Assembly (NCBI GenBank): GCA_963727485.1 | Contig: CAVSGM010000011.1 | Span: 448,001 to 512,000, forward strand | Length of the DNA: 64,000 nucleotides | Source: an uncultured delta proteobacterium | Lineage (GTDB): Bacteria; Myxococcota; Myxococcia; SLRQ01 | Reading direction: 5' to 3' | Shown: piece after piece, positions 1 to 11,900 of the stretch | How positions within the stretch are numbered: position 1 is the first letter of the stretch | Layout of the letters: every line of letters begins with the position of its first letter | Notes under the pieces: model-generated | What the model was told of the DNA's origin: nothing | Seen by the model: only the letters and a program-made list of their open reading frames with translations | The model's database searches: none | Program-made: the position numbers and the translations under genes

Positions 1-2
1 CC

Positions 3-113
3 CGGCCCGATGGCGAGTACGTCCAGGCCCGCCGGAAGGTGCGCCACTCCAACCTCATCCGGATCCGCAAGAACTTCCGGGACAAGATCCTGCAGTCCGT
101 GGGAGAGCTGTAG
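3..113 (+). CDS. gltF: C-terminal end of adventurous gliding protein GltF/CglF (partial, runs off the left edge)
   Basis: Frame 3 reads RPDGEYVQARRKVRHSNLIRIRKNFRDKILQSVGEL*, matching my recollection of the myxobacterial CglF/GltF C-terminus. It sits directly upstream of gltG, as in the M. xanthus glt cluster. Confidence 0.8.
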   Translation, partial: RPDGEYVQARRKVRHSNLIRIRKNFRDKILQSVGEL

Positions 114-230
114 CGTGACGGTGGCCGGCGCCACCGCAGCCCTGGCGGGGGGCGGCGGGCGTCCGGGACGGGACACCGGAAGGTAGGAGCAGCCGTGACC
201 GGCGCGCCCGTCGCCGGTCCAGAGAGAGCC

Positions 231-2295
231 ATGCCGACGCCGCTTTCCATGGACATCTACCGGGGCGACAATCTCGTCGAGAGCCGGAGCTACGATCGTG
301 ACATCATCAAGATCGGGCGGCTCTCCTCGGCGCATCTGCGCCTCGAGGACGAGAAGGTCTCCCGGATCCACTCGGTGGTCGAGGTGGGGGCCGACGGGGC
401 CATCTCCATCATCGACATGGGCTCGGCGGTGGGGACCCTGGTCAACGGCCAGCGGGTCAACAAGGGGCCCCTGAAGGACGGCGACGAGATCCGCGTCGGC
501 GACACGCGCATCGTCCTCCACGTCAACGCCGACCAGGCGTCGGCGACCGATGCCACCCAGGAGATCCCGGTCCTCGGCGCCCCGGGCGCGGCTGCGGCCG
601 AGGCGGCCGCCGGGGCCCCGACCCCCGAGGCGCCCGTCGAGGCGCCCGCGGCCGAGGCGGCGGGGGTCGAGCCCGAGGCGCCCGTCGAGGCGCCCGCGCC
701 GGCGCCGGCTGCGCCCGCCGAGGCCACCCCGGCCGCGCCTGCCGAGGCGACCCCGGCCCCCGAACCGGCGATGTCTCCGGCACCCCTCGACCCGGCGCCC
801 CCGGTGGCCTTCGCCGACGAGCCGGCGGGCGTCGCCCCGGGGACGCCCCTGCCTCCGGACCCCGAGCCCTTCGACCCCGAGACCTTCGTGTCGGGCCGGC
901 CGGCGAAGGTCCCCGACCCCGACCGCGCCGCGGTGGAGCTGCGGTTCATGTGGGGCGGCATCCTCCTCAACGTCGCCCACTACGTGAAGCCCAAGCGCAT
1001 CACCGTGGGCGAGTCGAAGAAGTGCGACTTCTTCCTCCACGCCGACGACTTCCCGGTCCCCGAGTTCCCCCTGGTCCGCTACGAGGGCGGCGAGTACCAC
1101 CTCGCCTTCACCCGGCAGATGGAGGGCATGGTCCGCATCGGCGACCAGACCCGGACCCTCGGGGACCTGGTACGCGAGCGCAAGGCCACCCCCGACGGTC
1201 AGATCGACGGCGCCTTCATCGTGTCCCTGCCCACGGACGCCCGGGCCTCGCTGCAGTTCGGCGGGGTGACGGTGCTGGTGGGCTTCGGCTCGGCCCCGCG
1301 GAAGATCGCCGTGCCCTGGAGCGAGGGCATCAACTACCAGTTCCTCAACCTCTTCCTCCTCTCGCTCTTCCTCCAGCTGGCGCTGCTGATCACCGCCCAC
1401 AACTTCCCGTACAACACCGACCTCTACGCCGACGATCTGTTCAAGGCGCCCAACCGCTTCGCCAAGTTCATCCTCAAGGCCCCGGAGCCGGTGAAGAACC
1501 GCTTCGCCGACAAGCTCCTCAAGGAGCTGAACAAGGCCCACCACAAGGCGGGGCAGGCGGCGGCGAAGCACAAGGGCAAGGAAGGGAAGATGGGCCGCAC
1601 CAACGGCCCCAACCGCAACACCCGGTCGGCGCCCAAGGCCATCGACATCAACGACAAGGACATCATCGCCAACACCGGCATCTTCCACATGCTGAAGAAG
1701 GGCGGCTCCGCGGGGCTGTCCACGGTCTTCGGCAAGGGGGGCCTCGGCGGTGACATCAACGGCGCCCTCGGGGGCCTGGTCGGCAGCGCCGTGGGCGACG
1801 CCAAGGGCTTCGGGGGCCTCGGCCTCAAGGGCAACGGCACCGGTGGCGGCGGCCTCTCGGGGAGCACCATCGGGGTCGGCGGCATCGGCACCAAGGGCCG
1901 CGGGGGCGGCCTGGGGAGCTACGGCACCGGCGTCGGCGGCCTCGGGCACAAGCGCGACACCAACATCTCCATCACCAGCTCCAACCCGGTGGTCAGGGGC
2001 TCGCTGTCCAAGGACCTCATCCGCCGGGTGATCCACGCCCACCGCGACCAGAATCCGCTACTGCTACGAGCAGGAGCTCCAGAGCAAGCCCCACCTCGCG
2101 GGCAAGATCTCGGTGAAGTTCGTCATCAGCGCCGCCGGCGGGGTCACCACCGCCAAGATCGAGGTCTCCACCATGCACAACGGCAGCGTCGAGGGGTGCC
2201 TGGTGAGCCGGGTGAGGACCTGGCAGTTCCCCAAGCCCAAGGGCGGCGGCATCGTCATCGTCACCTATCCCTTCGTGTTCAAGCAGGCGGGCTGA
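231..2295 (+). CDS. gltG: Gliding motility protein GltG (FHA domain, Pro/Ala linker, TM helix, Gly-rich region, TonB-like C-terminus); apparent +1 frameshift at ~2052
   Basis: N-terminal FHA (IKIGRLSS...VSRIHS...GTLVNG), TM FLNLFLLSLFLQLALLI and Gly-rich spacer. Removing one A from GAATC at 2051-2055 gives HRDQIRYCYE and joins ORF 2113..2295 (...VRTWQFPKPKGGGIVIVTYPFVF). Confidence 0.9.
624..698 (+). repeat. Direct repeat of ~27 bp (cccgaggcgcccgtcgaggcgcccgcg) encoding PEAPVEAPA twice in the GltG linker
   Basis: Two copies visible at ~624-650 and ~672-698. Confidence 0.7.
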
Positions 2296-2324
2296 CGCCC
2301 GTCGCGCCGGACCGACCCACGCCC

Positions 2325-2963
2325 ATGCGTCTGCGCCACATCCTCCTCGCCATCCTCACCCTCGCCCTCGCCGCCTTCAGCGCGGCGCCGGCCCGCGCCC
2401 AGTCCACCGGGGGCGGCACGGCCCCGCACCATCCCTGGCACGAGGTCGAGCGCGGGCTCTATGCCACCGGGAGCTTCGGGGCCACCTTCTTCCTCTCGCC
2501 GCCGGCCGGTGGGGGCAAGGGCGGGCCCACGGTCAGCGGGCTGACCATGGGCATCAACCTCGGCTACGACCTGATGCCCAGCCTCGCCGTCGAGCTCTTC
2601 CTCTTCGACTCCGAGGTCGTGGCCCCGCCCACCTACGAGGGCGTCGGTGGCGCCAAGGACCCCCGGGGCGACTTCACCGCCCTGACCACCGGCCTGCTCC
2701 TCCGGCTCGACTACCTCCACGTCGCCGACGGCCAGGGGGTCAGCCGGCTCTTCCTCGACGTCCACGCCGGCGGCGGGGTGATGCTCACCGAGCCCGCGTC
2801 GGTCTTCGGCAAGGTGGCCCCCTCGGTCCTCGGCGGGCTGGGCCTGCGCTACTACACCCGGATGCGGCACTTCTCCGCCGGGATCGACCTCGACGGCGTC
2901 TACGGTCTGGGCCTCGGGACCATCGGCCTCTACCCCCACGCCTCCATCGCCTACACGTTCTAG
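2325..2963 (+). CDS. gltH: Gliding outer-membrane beta-barrel protein GltH/CglE
   Basis: Signal peptide MRLRHILLAILTLALAAFSAAPARA, amphipathic beta strands, C-terminal IAYTF barrel signal, and position between gltG and gltI. The ORF-track fusion to gltG results from the 2052 frameshift. Confidence 0.8.
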   Translation: MRLRHILLAILTLALAAFSAAPARAQSTGGGTAPHHPWHEVERGLYATGSFGATFFLSPPAGGGKGGPTVSGLTMGINLGYDLMPSLAVELFLFDSEVVAPPTYEGVGGAKDPRGDFTALTTGLLLRLDYLHVADGQGVSRLFLDVHAGGGVMLTEPASVFGKVAPSVLGGLGLRYYTRMRHFSAGIDLDGVYGLGLGTIGLYPHASIAYTF

Positions 2964-2981
2964 TCCCCGCGAGCGCCCCGA

Positions 2982-5900
2982 ATGGAAGACCAGATCCTGG
3001 GTTACCGGCGCCGCCTGGAGATCTTCCCCGCGAACCGAGAGGCCTTCGAAGCCCTCGCCTACCTCTTCGAGAAGGAGGCGCGGTGGGAGGAGCTCGCCGG
3101 CCTCTACGAGGCGCGGCTCCAGGCTCTGCGCGACGATCCCGAGGCGGCGGCCCTGCGCCGGCGCCTCGGTGACCTCTACCTCGCCCAGCTCGACGATCCC
3201 GATTCGGGCCCTTCGCCACCTGGCCGCGGCCCGGAGCGGCGCCCCCGACGAGGTCGACCTCCTCGACGCCCTGCTCCCGGTCCACGAGGCCCGGGGCGAG
3301 TGGCGCGAGGTGGCGCGGCTCCTCGAGGCCCGGGCCGAGGAGGCCGAGGACGGCGCCGAGCTCGCCGGCTACCTCTCGCGCCTCGCCGAGATCCAGCTGG
3401 CACGCCTCTCCCGGACCGACCTCGCGGTCCGCTCCCTGCGCGCCGCCTTCGAGGCGAACCCCGAGGACACCGGCCCCCTGCGCCGGGCCCGGGCCCTCGC
3501 CGAGGCGGGCGGCGATCTCGAGACCGCGGCGGCGCTCCTGGAGCGCGAGGCCGAGGCCACCGGCGGGGGCCAGCTGGGGCCGGCGTTCCTCGCCCTCGGC
3601 CGGCGCCTGGCCGACGAGCCCTGGCACCTGCCGCTGGCCCGCCGGCTCCTGGAGCGGGCCAAGGCCCTGGGCGAGGCCGACCACGTCGACGAGACCCTCG
3701 GGGGCCTCGATCAGCTCGCCAAGACCTGGAAGGACGAGGCGAAGCGCCTGCGCACCGAGGCCGTCGAGGCCCGGGACAAGCGCAAGGCCGCCGCCGCCTA
3801 CCTGCGCATCGCCCAGCTCCACGCCCTCTACGACGACGCGCCCCAGAAGGTCGCCGAGAACCTGGAGCGGGTCTTCCTCCTCCACCCGGGGAGCACCGCG
3901 GCCCTCGAGTTCCTCGAGGGCTACCACGGCGGCCGCGAGGACTGGCCGGGGCTGGTCGCCGCCTACGAGCGCGTCGCCGAGAAGGTGAAGGACCGTGCCG
4001 TCGCCGCCGACGTCTGGGTGCGGGTGGCGCGGCTCCAGGCCGAGCGCCTCCAGGACGCCGAGGCCGCCGCGGTGGCCTGGCGCCGGGCCCTCGACATCGA
4101 TCCGGCCCACGCCGAGGCCGCCGCCGCCCTGGTGGGCGCCCTCGAGACCAAGGGCGCCTGGACCGACGCCGCCGCGGTGCTGGAGAAGCGCCTGGCGGCG
4201 GTGGGCGAGCGCGGGGAGCAGGTGCGCATCCGCCTCCAGCTCGCGCGGCTGTGCCTGCGCCACCTCGACGACGCCGACGCCGCCCGGGCCCACCTCGAGG
4301 CGGTGCTCCGCCTCGACCCGGCGAACGTCGACGCCGCCACCGAGCTCGAGCCCCTCTACCGCGAGGCCGGGGCCGACGAGGCGCTGGCCGGGGTGCTCGC
4401 CGTCCGCGTCGGCGCCACCGCCGAGGCCGACGCCCGCCGGCGCCTCCTCGAGGAGCTCGCCACCCTCGAGGCCGACGCCCTCGGCCACGCCGATCAGGCG
4501 GTGGGCCTCCTCGCCCGGGCCCTCGCCCTGGCCCCCGGCCGCAAGCAGACCCTCGCCGCCTTCGAGGACCGGGCCGACGCCGATCCCGCCGCCCTCGCCG
4601 CGGGCCTCGCCGTCGCCGCCGACGCCGCCACCGAGCCGGGCGACCGGGCGGCCCTCCTCCGGCGCCTCGCCGAGGTCCGGGAGGTGCGCCTGGAGGATCC
4701 CGCCGGCGCCGCCGAGGTCTACCGGGCCCTCCTCGAGGCCGTCCCCGGCGACGAGGCGGCCACCGCGGGCCTGGAGCGGGTCCTCGAGGCCACCGGCGCC
4801 GACGCCGAGCTCACCGAGGCCCTCCGGGCCCAGGCCAAGGACGAGGCCAATCCCGCGAAGAAGCGCGACATCCTCCTGCGCCTCGCCCGGCACTACGACC
4901 GGGCGGTGGAGGCGCCAGCGAAGGCCCTGGAGATCCTCCGGCGCCTCCTGGAGCAGGACCCCACCGACGCCGAGGTCGCCGAGCGCCAGCTCGAGCTCCT
5001 CACCCGCACCGGCGACTGGCCGGCGGTGGCGGACGCCCTCCGGGCCCGCATCGACGCCAGTGGCGACGATACCTCGCCGGCCCTGAAGCAGCGCCTCGCC
5101 TCGGTCCTCGCCACCCGCCTCGGCCAGGGCGCCGAGGCCGTCGACCTCTACGGCGCCCTCCTCGAGGCCGAGCCCCGCCGCCCGGGGGTCGCCGACGCCC
5201 TCGAGGCGCTCCTCGCCCAGGACGTGGAGCCCGCGCGGATCGCCGCCCTCCTCGAGCCCGCCTACGCCGCCGCCGGGGACTGGTTGCGCCACCTGGCGAT
5301 GCTGGAGCAGCGCCTCGCCCACACCGAGCGCCCCGAGGACCGGGCGGCGCTCCTCGAGCGCATGGCCGAGGTCCACGAGACCCACCTCGCCGACAAGCGC
5401 CAGGCCCTGGTGACCGTGGCCCGCGCCTGCAAGGAGACCCCCGCCGACGGCGGGCGCCTCGACCACCTCGAGCGCCTCGCCCGGGAGACCGGGGCCTTCG
5501 GGGAGTACGAGCAGGCCCTCACCTCGGCCCTGGAGCGGGCGTCGCAGATGAAGCCCGACGCCGCCATGACCCTGCGCACCCGGCTGGCCGACCTCCGGGA
5601 GAACAGCCTCGGCGACGCCGAGGGGGCGGCCGAGGTCTGGGAGCAGATCCTCGCCGAGACCACGCCCACCGATCCCGCCTACCGGCCCGCCCTGGAGGCG
5701 GTCGCGCGCATCGCCCGGGAGAACGAGCGGTGGCCCGCCCTCGCCGACGCCCTGGGGCGCCTGGCGCCGGTGGCCAACGACCCGGCGGCGGTGCGCCTGG
5801 AGCTCGGGGCCGTGCGCCTCGAGCGTCTGGGGGACGCCGCCGCGGCCGCCGAGGTGTTCCGCGCCGCCCTCGACGACGGAGCGGCCGAGGACGAGGTCCT

Positions 5901-8900
5901 GCCCCTGCTCTCCGACGCCCTGGAGCGCGCCGGGGACTCCAAGCTGCTGGCGGGGATCCTCGAGCGCCGCATCGCCCTCGCCCAGCGCCAAGGTGACAAC
6001 GCCGCCGCCTCGCGCCTCAAGCTGCGCCTCGCCCGGATCCAGGGCGAGGGCCTGGGCCAGACCTCCGAGGCGGTGGCGAGCTACCGCGCCGTCCTCGCCG
6101 AGCGCCCCAGCGACCCCGACGCCCTCGCGGCCCTGGAGGCCCTCCTGGACAATCCCGGGAGCCGCCTCGACGCCGCCCGGGCCCTGGCCCCGGCCTACGA
6201 GCGCGCCCAGGAGTACGCCAAGCTGGTCCGCGCCCTGGAGGTCGAGGCCGAGAGCGCCGGCTCCCCGGCCGAGGAGGCCGAGCACCTCAGGCACATGGCC
6301 GAGGTCCAGGAGCGCCAGCTGCGCCGGAAGGCCGACGCCCTCGAGACCCTCCGCCGGGCGGTCGTGGTCTGCCCCCAGGAGGTGGAGATCCGCGCCGAGC
6401 TCCGGCGCCTCGCCGACGAGATCGGCGCCCTGGAGCGGGTCCCCGCGATCCTCGACGAGGCGTCGACCGCCCTGGAGGGGATGGCGCGCCTGGCGCTGAT
6501 GCGCGAGGCCGCCGAGTGGGTGGAGAAGCGCCAGGGCGATCGCACCTCGGCGGTGGCCCGCTACGCGGCGATGCTCGAGGTCGACGACGAGAGCCTCGAC
6601 GCCCTGATGTCCCTGCACCGCCTCCACCGCGCCGCCGAGGACTGGTCGTCGCTGGCGGCGACCTGCCTGCGGCTGGCGGAGGTGACCGGCGCCGACGACG
6701 AGAAGGTGCGCCTGTGGCGCGAGGCCGGGCGGCTCTTCGAGGAGCGCCTCGGGGACCCCGCCGCCGCCGCCGCGGCCTACCGCAAGATCCTCGAGGCCGA
6801 CGCCACCGACGCCGAGGCCGCCCGGGTCCTCGACCGGCTCTACGGGAGCCTGGGGCGCCACGCCGACCTCGCCTGGGTCCTGGACCTCGAGCGCCAGCAG
6901 GCCGGGGAGGGCGACCGGCGCCAGGGCCTCTCCGGGCGTCTCGCCGACGTCTACCGCCGCCACCTCGGGCGCCTCGACGAGGCCCTCGCCCTCTACGGTG
7001 AGCTCCTGGAGCAGGACCCGGCCCACCCGCCGACCCGCCAGGCCCTCTCGGAGCTGGTCGCCGCCGGGGGCGCCGGCGCCGATCGGGCGGTGGCCCTCCT
7101 CGACCCCCAGCTCGCGGCCCTCGGCGAGCACCGGGCCCGGATCGACCTCCGGGAGGCGCGCCTGGCCCGGGCCGACGCCGACGGCCTCGACGCCGCCCGC
7201 CGCGCCGCCCTCTTCGCCGAGATCCGCGGCCTCTACGAGACCGAGCTCGGGGCCACGGAGATGGCGTTCATGACCGCCTGCCGCCAGCTCACCGCCGGGG
7301 TGGACCACGCCGTCGCCCGGGACGAGGCGGCGCGCCTGGCCCGGGAGGCCGGGACCCTCGAGGAGCTCGCCGAGGTCTTCGACGAGGTCGCCGCGGGGCT
7401 CGCCGACGACGACCCCCGGAAGGTCGAGCTCCTCCGGCGCGAGGCGGGGATCCGCACCGAGACCTCCGAGCTCCCCGACGACGCCATCGAGGTGTGGAAG
7501 AAGGTCCAGGCGCTCCAGCCCCAGGCCCGGGACGTCCTCGACGCCCTCGAGGCCCTCTACAACAAGCGCCAGGACGCCCAGGACCTCGTCGACCTCTACC
7601 GCCAGAAGGTCGACCTCGCCAGCGGCGACGCCGAGCGCCTCGCCGCCCGCCTCGACCTCGGCCGGCTCCTGGAGCAGACCGGCGCCGCGGGCCCGGCCGC
7701 CGACGAGTACGAGGCGGTGGCCGCCCACGCCGGCCGCTTCCCCGCCGAGGGGCGAAGGGCCCTGGAGCAGCTCGACGGCCTCTACGCCCGGGCGGAGCGG
7801 TGGCAGGACCTCTCCCGGGTGCTGGCCAGCCTGGTGAAGCTTCTCGGGGACGACCCGGCGCGCTTCCGCTACATGCTGCGCCTCGGGGAGCTCTTCGAGT
7901 CCCACGACGCCCACCCCTCCCGCGCCCTCGATCTCTACGGTGCCATCCTCGACCAGGCGGGCGTCCCCGCCGAGGCCGGCGACGCCCCGGGGCGGGCCGA
8001 GGCCCTGGGGGCGGTGGCGGGCCTGGAGCGCCTCCTCGCCGACGACTCCGCCAAGGTGAAGGCGGCGGCGCGCCTGGAGACGGTCTACCGCGATCGGATG
8101 GAGGGCCGGCCCCTCATCGACGTCCTGGAGGTCCGCTTCGCCGCGACCCGGGAGCAGGCCGAGCGCCTGAAGATCCTCCAGGAGATCGCCCGGCTCTACG
8201 AGGTGCGCCTGGGTCAGAAGCCCATGGCCTTCATGGTCTGGTGCCGCGCCTTCCGCGAGGCCTCGGACGACGCCGAGGTCCGCTCGCACCTCGAGGACCT
8301 CGGAGCCCAGACCGAGAGCTGGGAGGAGCTCGCCGGGGTCTACGACGACGAGGTCGCCCGCCTCGGCGACGACGCCCGGAGCGCCGAGGCCAGGGGCGCC
8401 CTCCATCGGCGCCTGGTCGACATCTACGAGCACCGCCTGGCCCAGCCCGAGCCCGCCGCCCGGCACCAGCGCGCCGCCCTCGACCTCGCCGGCGAGGCCA
8501 GCGTCGAGGACCTGGAGCGGCTGGCGCGCCTCCTGCGTGACGGCGACGACAAGAAGGCCCTGGTGGCGGTCTACCGGGAGCTGGTCGAGCGCCTCCCCGA
8601 CGGCGAGCACAAGAAGGAGCTGTGGTACGAGATCGCCGGGCTCACCGAGGAGATCCTCGGGGATCCGGCCGGGGCGGTGGCGGCCTACCAGCAGGTCCTG
8701 GCCCTCTCCGGCGACCACCCGGATCCCGAGGTCCTCGGCCTCCTGGAGCGCCTGCTCACCAGCCTCGAGCGCTGGGACGCCCTCTGCGGGATCCTCGAGC
8801 GCCAGGCGGCCCTGGCCGCCCCCGGGCCCGCCACCGCCGAGCGCCGGCACCAGGTGGGCCGGGTGCGCCAGGTGCGCCAGGACGACCCGGTGGGCGCCGT

Positions 8901-11900
8901 CGCCGACTACGCCGCCGCCCTCGAGGCCGACCCGGACCATCGCCAGAGCCTCGGGGCCCTCGAGGAGCTCCTCGCCGCCGGCCCCACCGCCGAGGGGGCC
9001 GCCCGGGACGCCGCCGCTGCCGCCGCCGAGGTCCTCGGCCCCCGCTACGAGTCCGAGGGCGACACCGCCGGCCGGATCCGCGCCCTGGAGATGCGCGCCG
9101 CCGCGGCCCCGGACGCCGAGGCCCGGGCCGCGCGCCTGGGAGAGGTCGCCCGCCTCTACGCCGACGACCAGGACAGCCCGGAGATGGCGTTCATGGCCGT
9201 CAGCCGCGCCCTCTCGGCGCGCCCCGAGGACGCAGCGCTCCTCACCCGCCTCCACGCCCTCGCCGAGGCCGCCGACCTCCAGGAGGAGGAGACCGAGCTG
9301 CTCCAGGGCCTGGTGCCCTCGGTCCGCGAGGAGACCGTCCTCGCCGACTACCACCGGCGCCTGGGCGAGCTGCTCTCCGACGCCGGGGAGATCGACGAGG
9401 CGCTGCCCCACCTCCGGGCCCTCCTCGAGCTCGTCCCCGACGACACCGGCGCCCTCGATCGCCTGGGCCGCCTCACGCGCCTCTCCGGCGACCACGCCCA
9501 GGTGGTCGAGGTCCTGCGCCGCCAGCTCGCCCTCACCGACGACGAGACCGATCGGGTGCGGGTGCTGCGCCAGATGGGCGCCCTCCAGGAGGAGCAGCTC
9601 GGCGACCTCGCCGGGGCGCTGGCCACCTACCGGCGCATCCTCGAGGGCAGCCCCGCCGACCGCGAGGCGCTCTCCCGGGTCGACGCCCTGTGCTTCAAGC
9701 AGGAGCGGTGGACCGAGCTCGCCGAGGTCCTCGAGCGCGAGGCCCGGGCGGCGGCCGAGGACGCGGACACCGCCGCCCAGGTGGGCTACCTCCACCGCCT
9801 GGCCCTGATGAGCGAGGGGCCGCTCCACGATCCCGACGGGGCCATGTCCCTGCACCGGGAGGTCCTGCGCCTGGTCCCGGGCCGCCCCGAGACCGTGGCC
9901 CACCTCGAGCAGCTGCTGGAGACCCAGCCGGGTCGCCCCGAGGTCGCGCGGCTCCTCGAGGAGGTCTACCGCGCCGAGGGGGAGTGGAAGAAGCTGGTGT
10001 CCATGCTCGAGGTCCGGGCCGCCGGCGAGCCCGAGCGCGAGGCGCGGGTGGCGGTCCTCTGGGAGATGCACCAGGTCCAGGAGGAGAAGCTCGGCTCCCC
10101 GGACATGGCGTTCATCGTGCTGTGCCGCGCCTTCAACGAGGACCCGTCGTCCCCGGAGATCCGCGCCGCCCTCGAGCGTCTCGCCGACGCCACCGAGCAG
10201 CACGAGGAGCTGGCCGCGGTCCTCGAGGACGCCCTCGACCAGATCGGTGTCCCCGAGGTGGTCGCCGACATGAGCCTCACCGTGGCGCGGATCCACGAGG
10301 AGAAGCTCCGGGATCCCGACACCGCCATCACCTACTACGAGCAGGTCCTCAAGAACGACCCCGAGCGCCTCCCGGCGCTCCAGGCCCTCGACCGCCTCTA
10401 CCGCGCCAAGGAGCGCTTCGCCGACCTCGCCGGGATCCTCGAGCGCGAGGCCGAGGCGGTCCCCGACGACGACGAGCGGGCCGCGGTGCTCTTCCGCCTC
10501 GGGCAGCTCCACGCCGAGAAGCTCGACGCCCCGGACCGGGCGGCGACGGTCTACGAGCAGCTCCTGGAGATCGTCCCCGGCCACCTCCCGGCGCTGCGGG
10601 CCCTGGAGCAGCTCTACGAGCAGGCCGGGGCCTTCGACAAGCTCGCCGCCAACCTCGAGACCCAGCTGGAGCTGGCGAAGGACGAGGCGGTCACCGAGCG
10701 CCTCACCGGACGCCTCGCCGAGGTGGTGGGCACGCACCTCGGCGAGCACACCCGGGCCATCGGGCTGTGGCAGAAGATCCTCGAGAGCAACCACCGCTCC
10801 GAGGCCGCCCTCGACGCCCTGGAGAAGCTCTACGAGGCCACCGAGGCCTGGCAGGACCTGGCGGCGCTCCTGCGCGGGCGCCTCTCCAGCACCGTCGATC
10901 CCCGGGAGATCACCCGGCTCAACGACCGGCTGGGCTGGGTCCTGGGGGCGAAGCTCGGCGAGGCCGAGCAGGCGACCCGGAGCTTCAAGGCGGTCCTCGA
11001 GCGCGACCCGAGGAACGTCCGGGCCCTCGAGGCCCTGCGGGACATCCACACCGCCGAGGGCCAGTGGGAGGAGCTGATCGCGGTGCTCAAGCGCCTGGTG
11101 CCCCTCCAGGCGTCCCCCGAGGACGCCAAGGCGGTGCGCCTGCGCCTCGCCGAGGTCCTGGGCCGGGAGCTCGGGCGCCGCGAGGAGGCCGTCGAGGCGA
11201 CCCGGCGCTTCCTCGACCTCGAGCCCCACACCCCAGAGGCGCTGCTGCCGGTGGAGGCCCTGCTCCGGGACCTCGACGCCCTCCCCGAGGCGGTGGCGGT
11301 GACCGAGCGCCGGGCCAAGGCCATGGCCGAGGCCATGGACGCCGCGGTCGCCGAGGCCGCCCCCGAGGGCGCGGGCGCCCTCGACGCCGACGCCGCCGAC
11401 GCCCTGGAGGCCCGGCTCATCCCCCTGCGCCAGGCGCGGGTGGCGCTGCTCTTCGAGATCGCCCGGGCCCACGCAGACGAGCTGGCCAAGGCCGAGGGCG
11501 GCGCCGCCGCCTACGAGGAGATCCTCGCCCTCGATCCCGGCAACGAGGACGCCTACGCGCCCCTGCGGAAGATCTACGAGGACGCCGGGCGCCACCGGGA
11601 CCTGGCGAGCCTCCTCGACCGCTTCCTTCCGTCGGTCGCCGATCCCGAGGCCCACAAGGCCCTGCGCCTGGAGATCGCCGGGCTCCAGGAGCAGCGCCTG
11701 GGCCAGAAGGAGCTGGCGTTCCTCACCCTCTCCCGGGCCATCGCCGAGGACCCGGACGACGAGGCGGTGGAGGCGAACCTCCTCCGGCTCGCCGCGGACA
11801 CCGACGCCTGGGACGAGCTGGCCTCGGTCCTGGAGGCGGTGGCCGACGGCCTCGAGCCCGGTCCCCGGAAGGCGCAGCTCCTCCTGCGCCTCGCCAGCAT

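Noticed and set aside
195..2963. Apparent GltG-GltH fusion (922 aa)
   Set aside because: Artifact of the single-base insertion at ~2052. The TonB-like C-terminus and stop of gltG are in another frame, and gltH has its own ATG and signal peptide.
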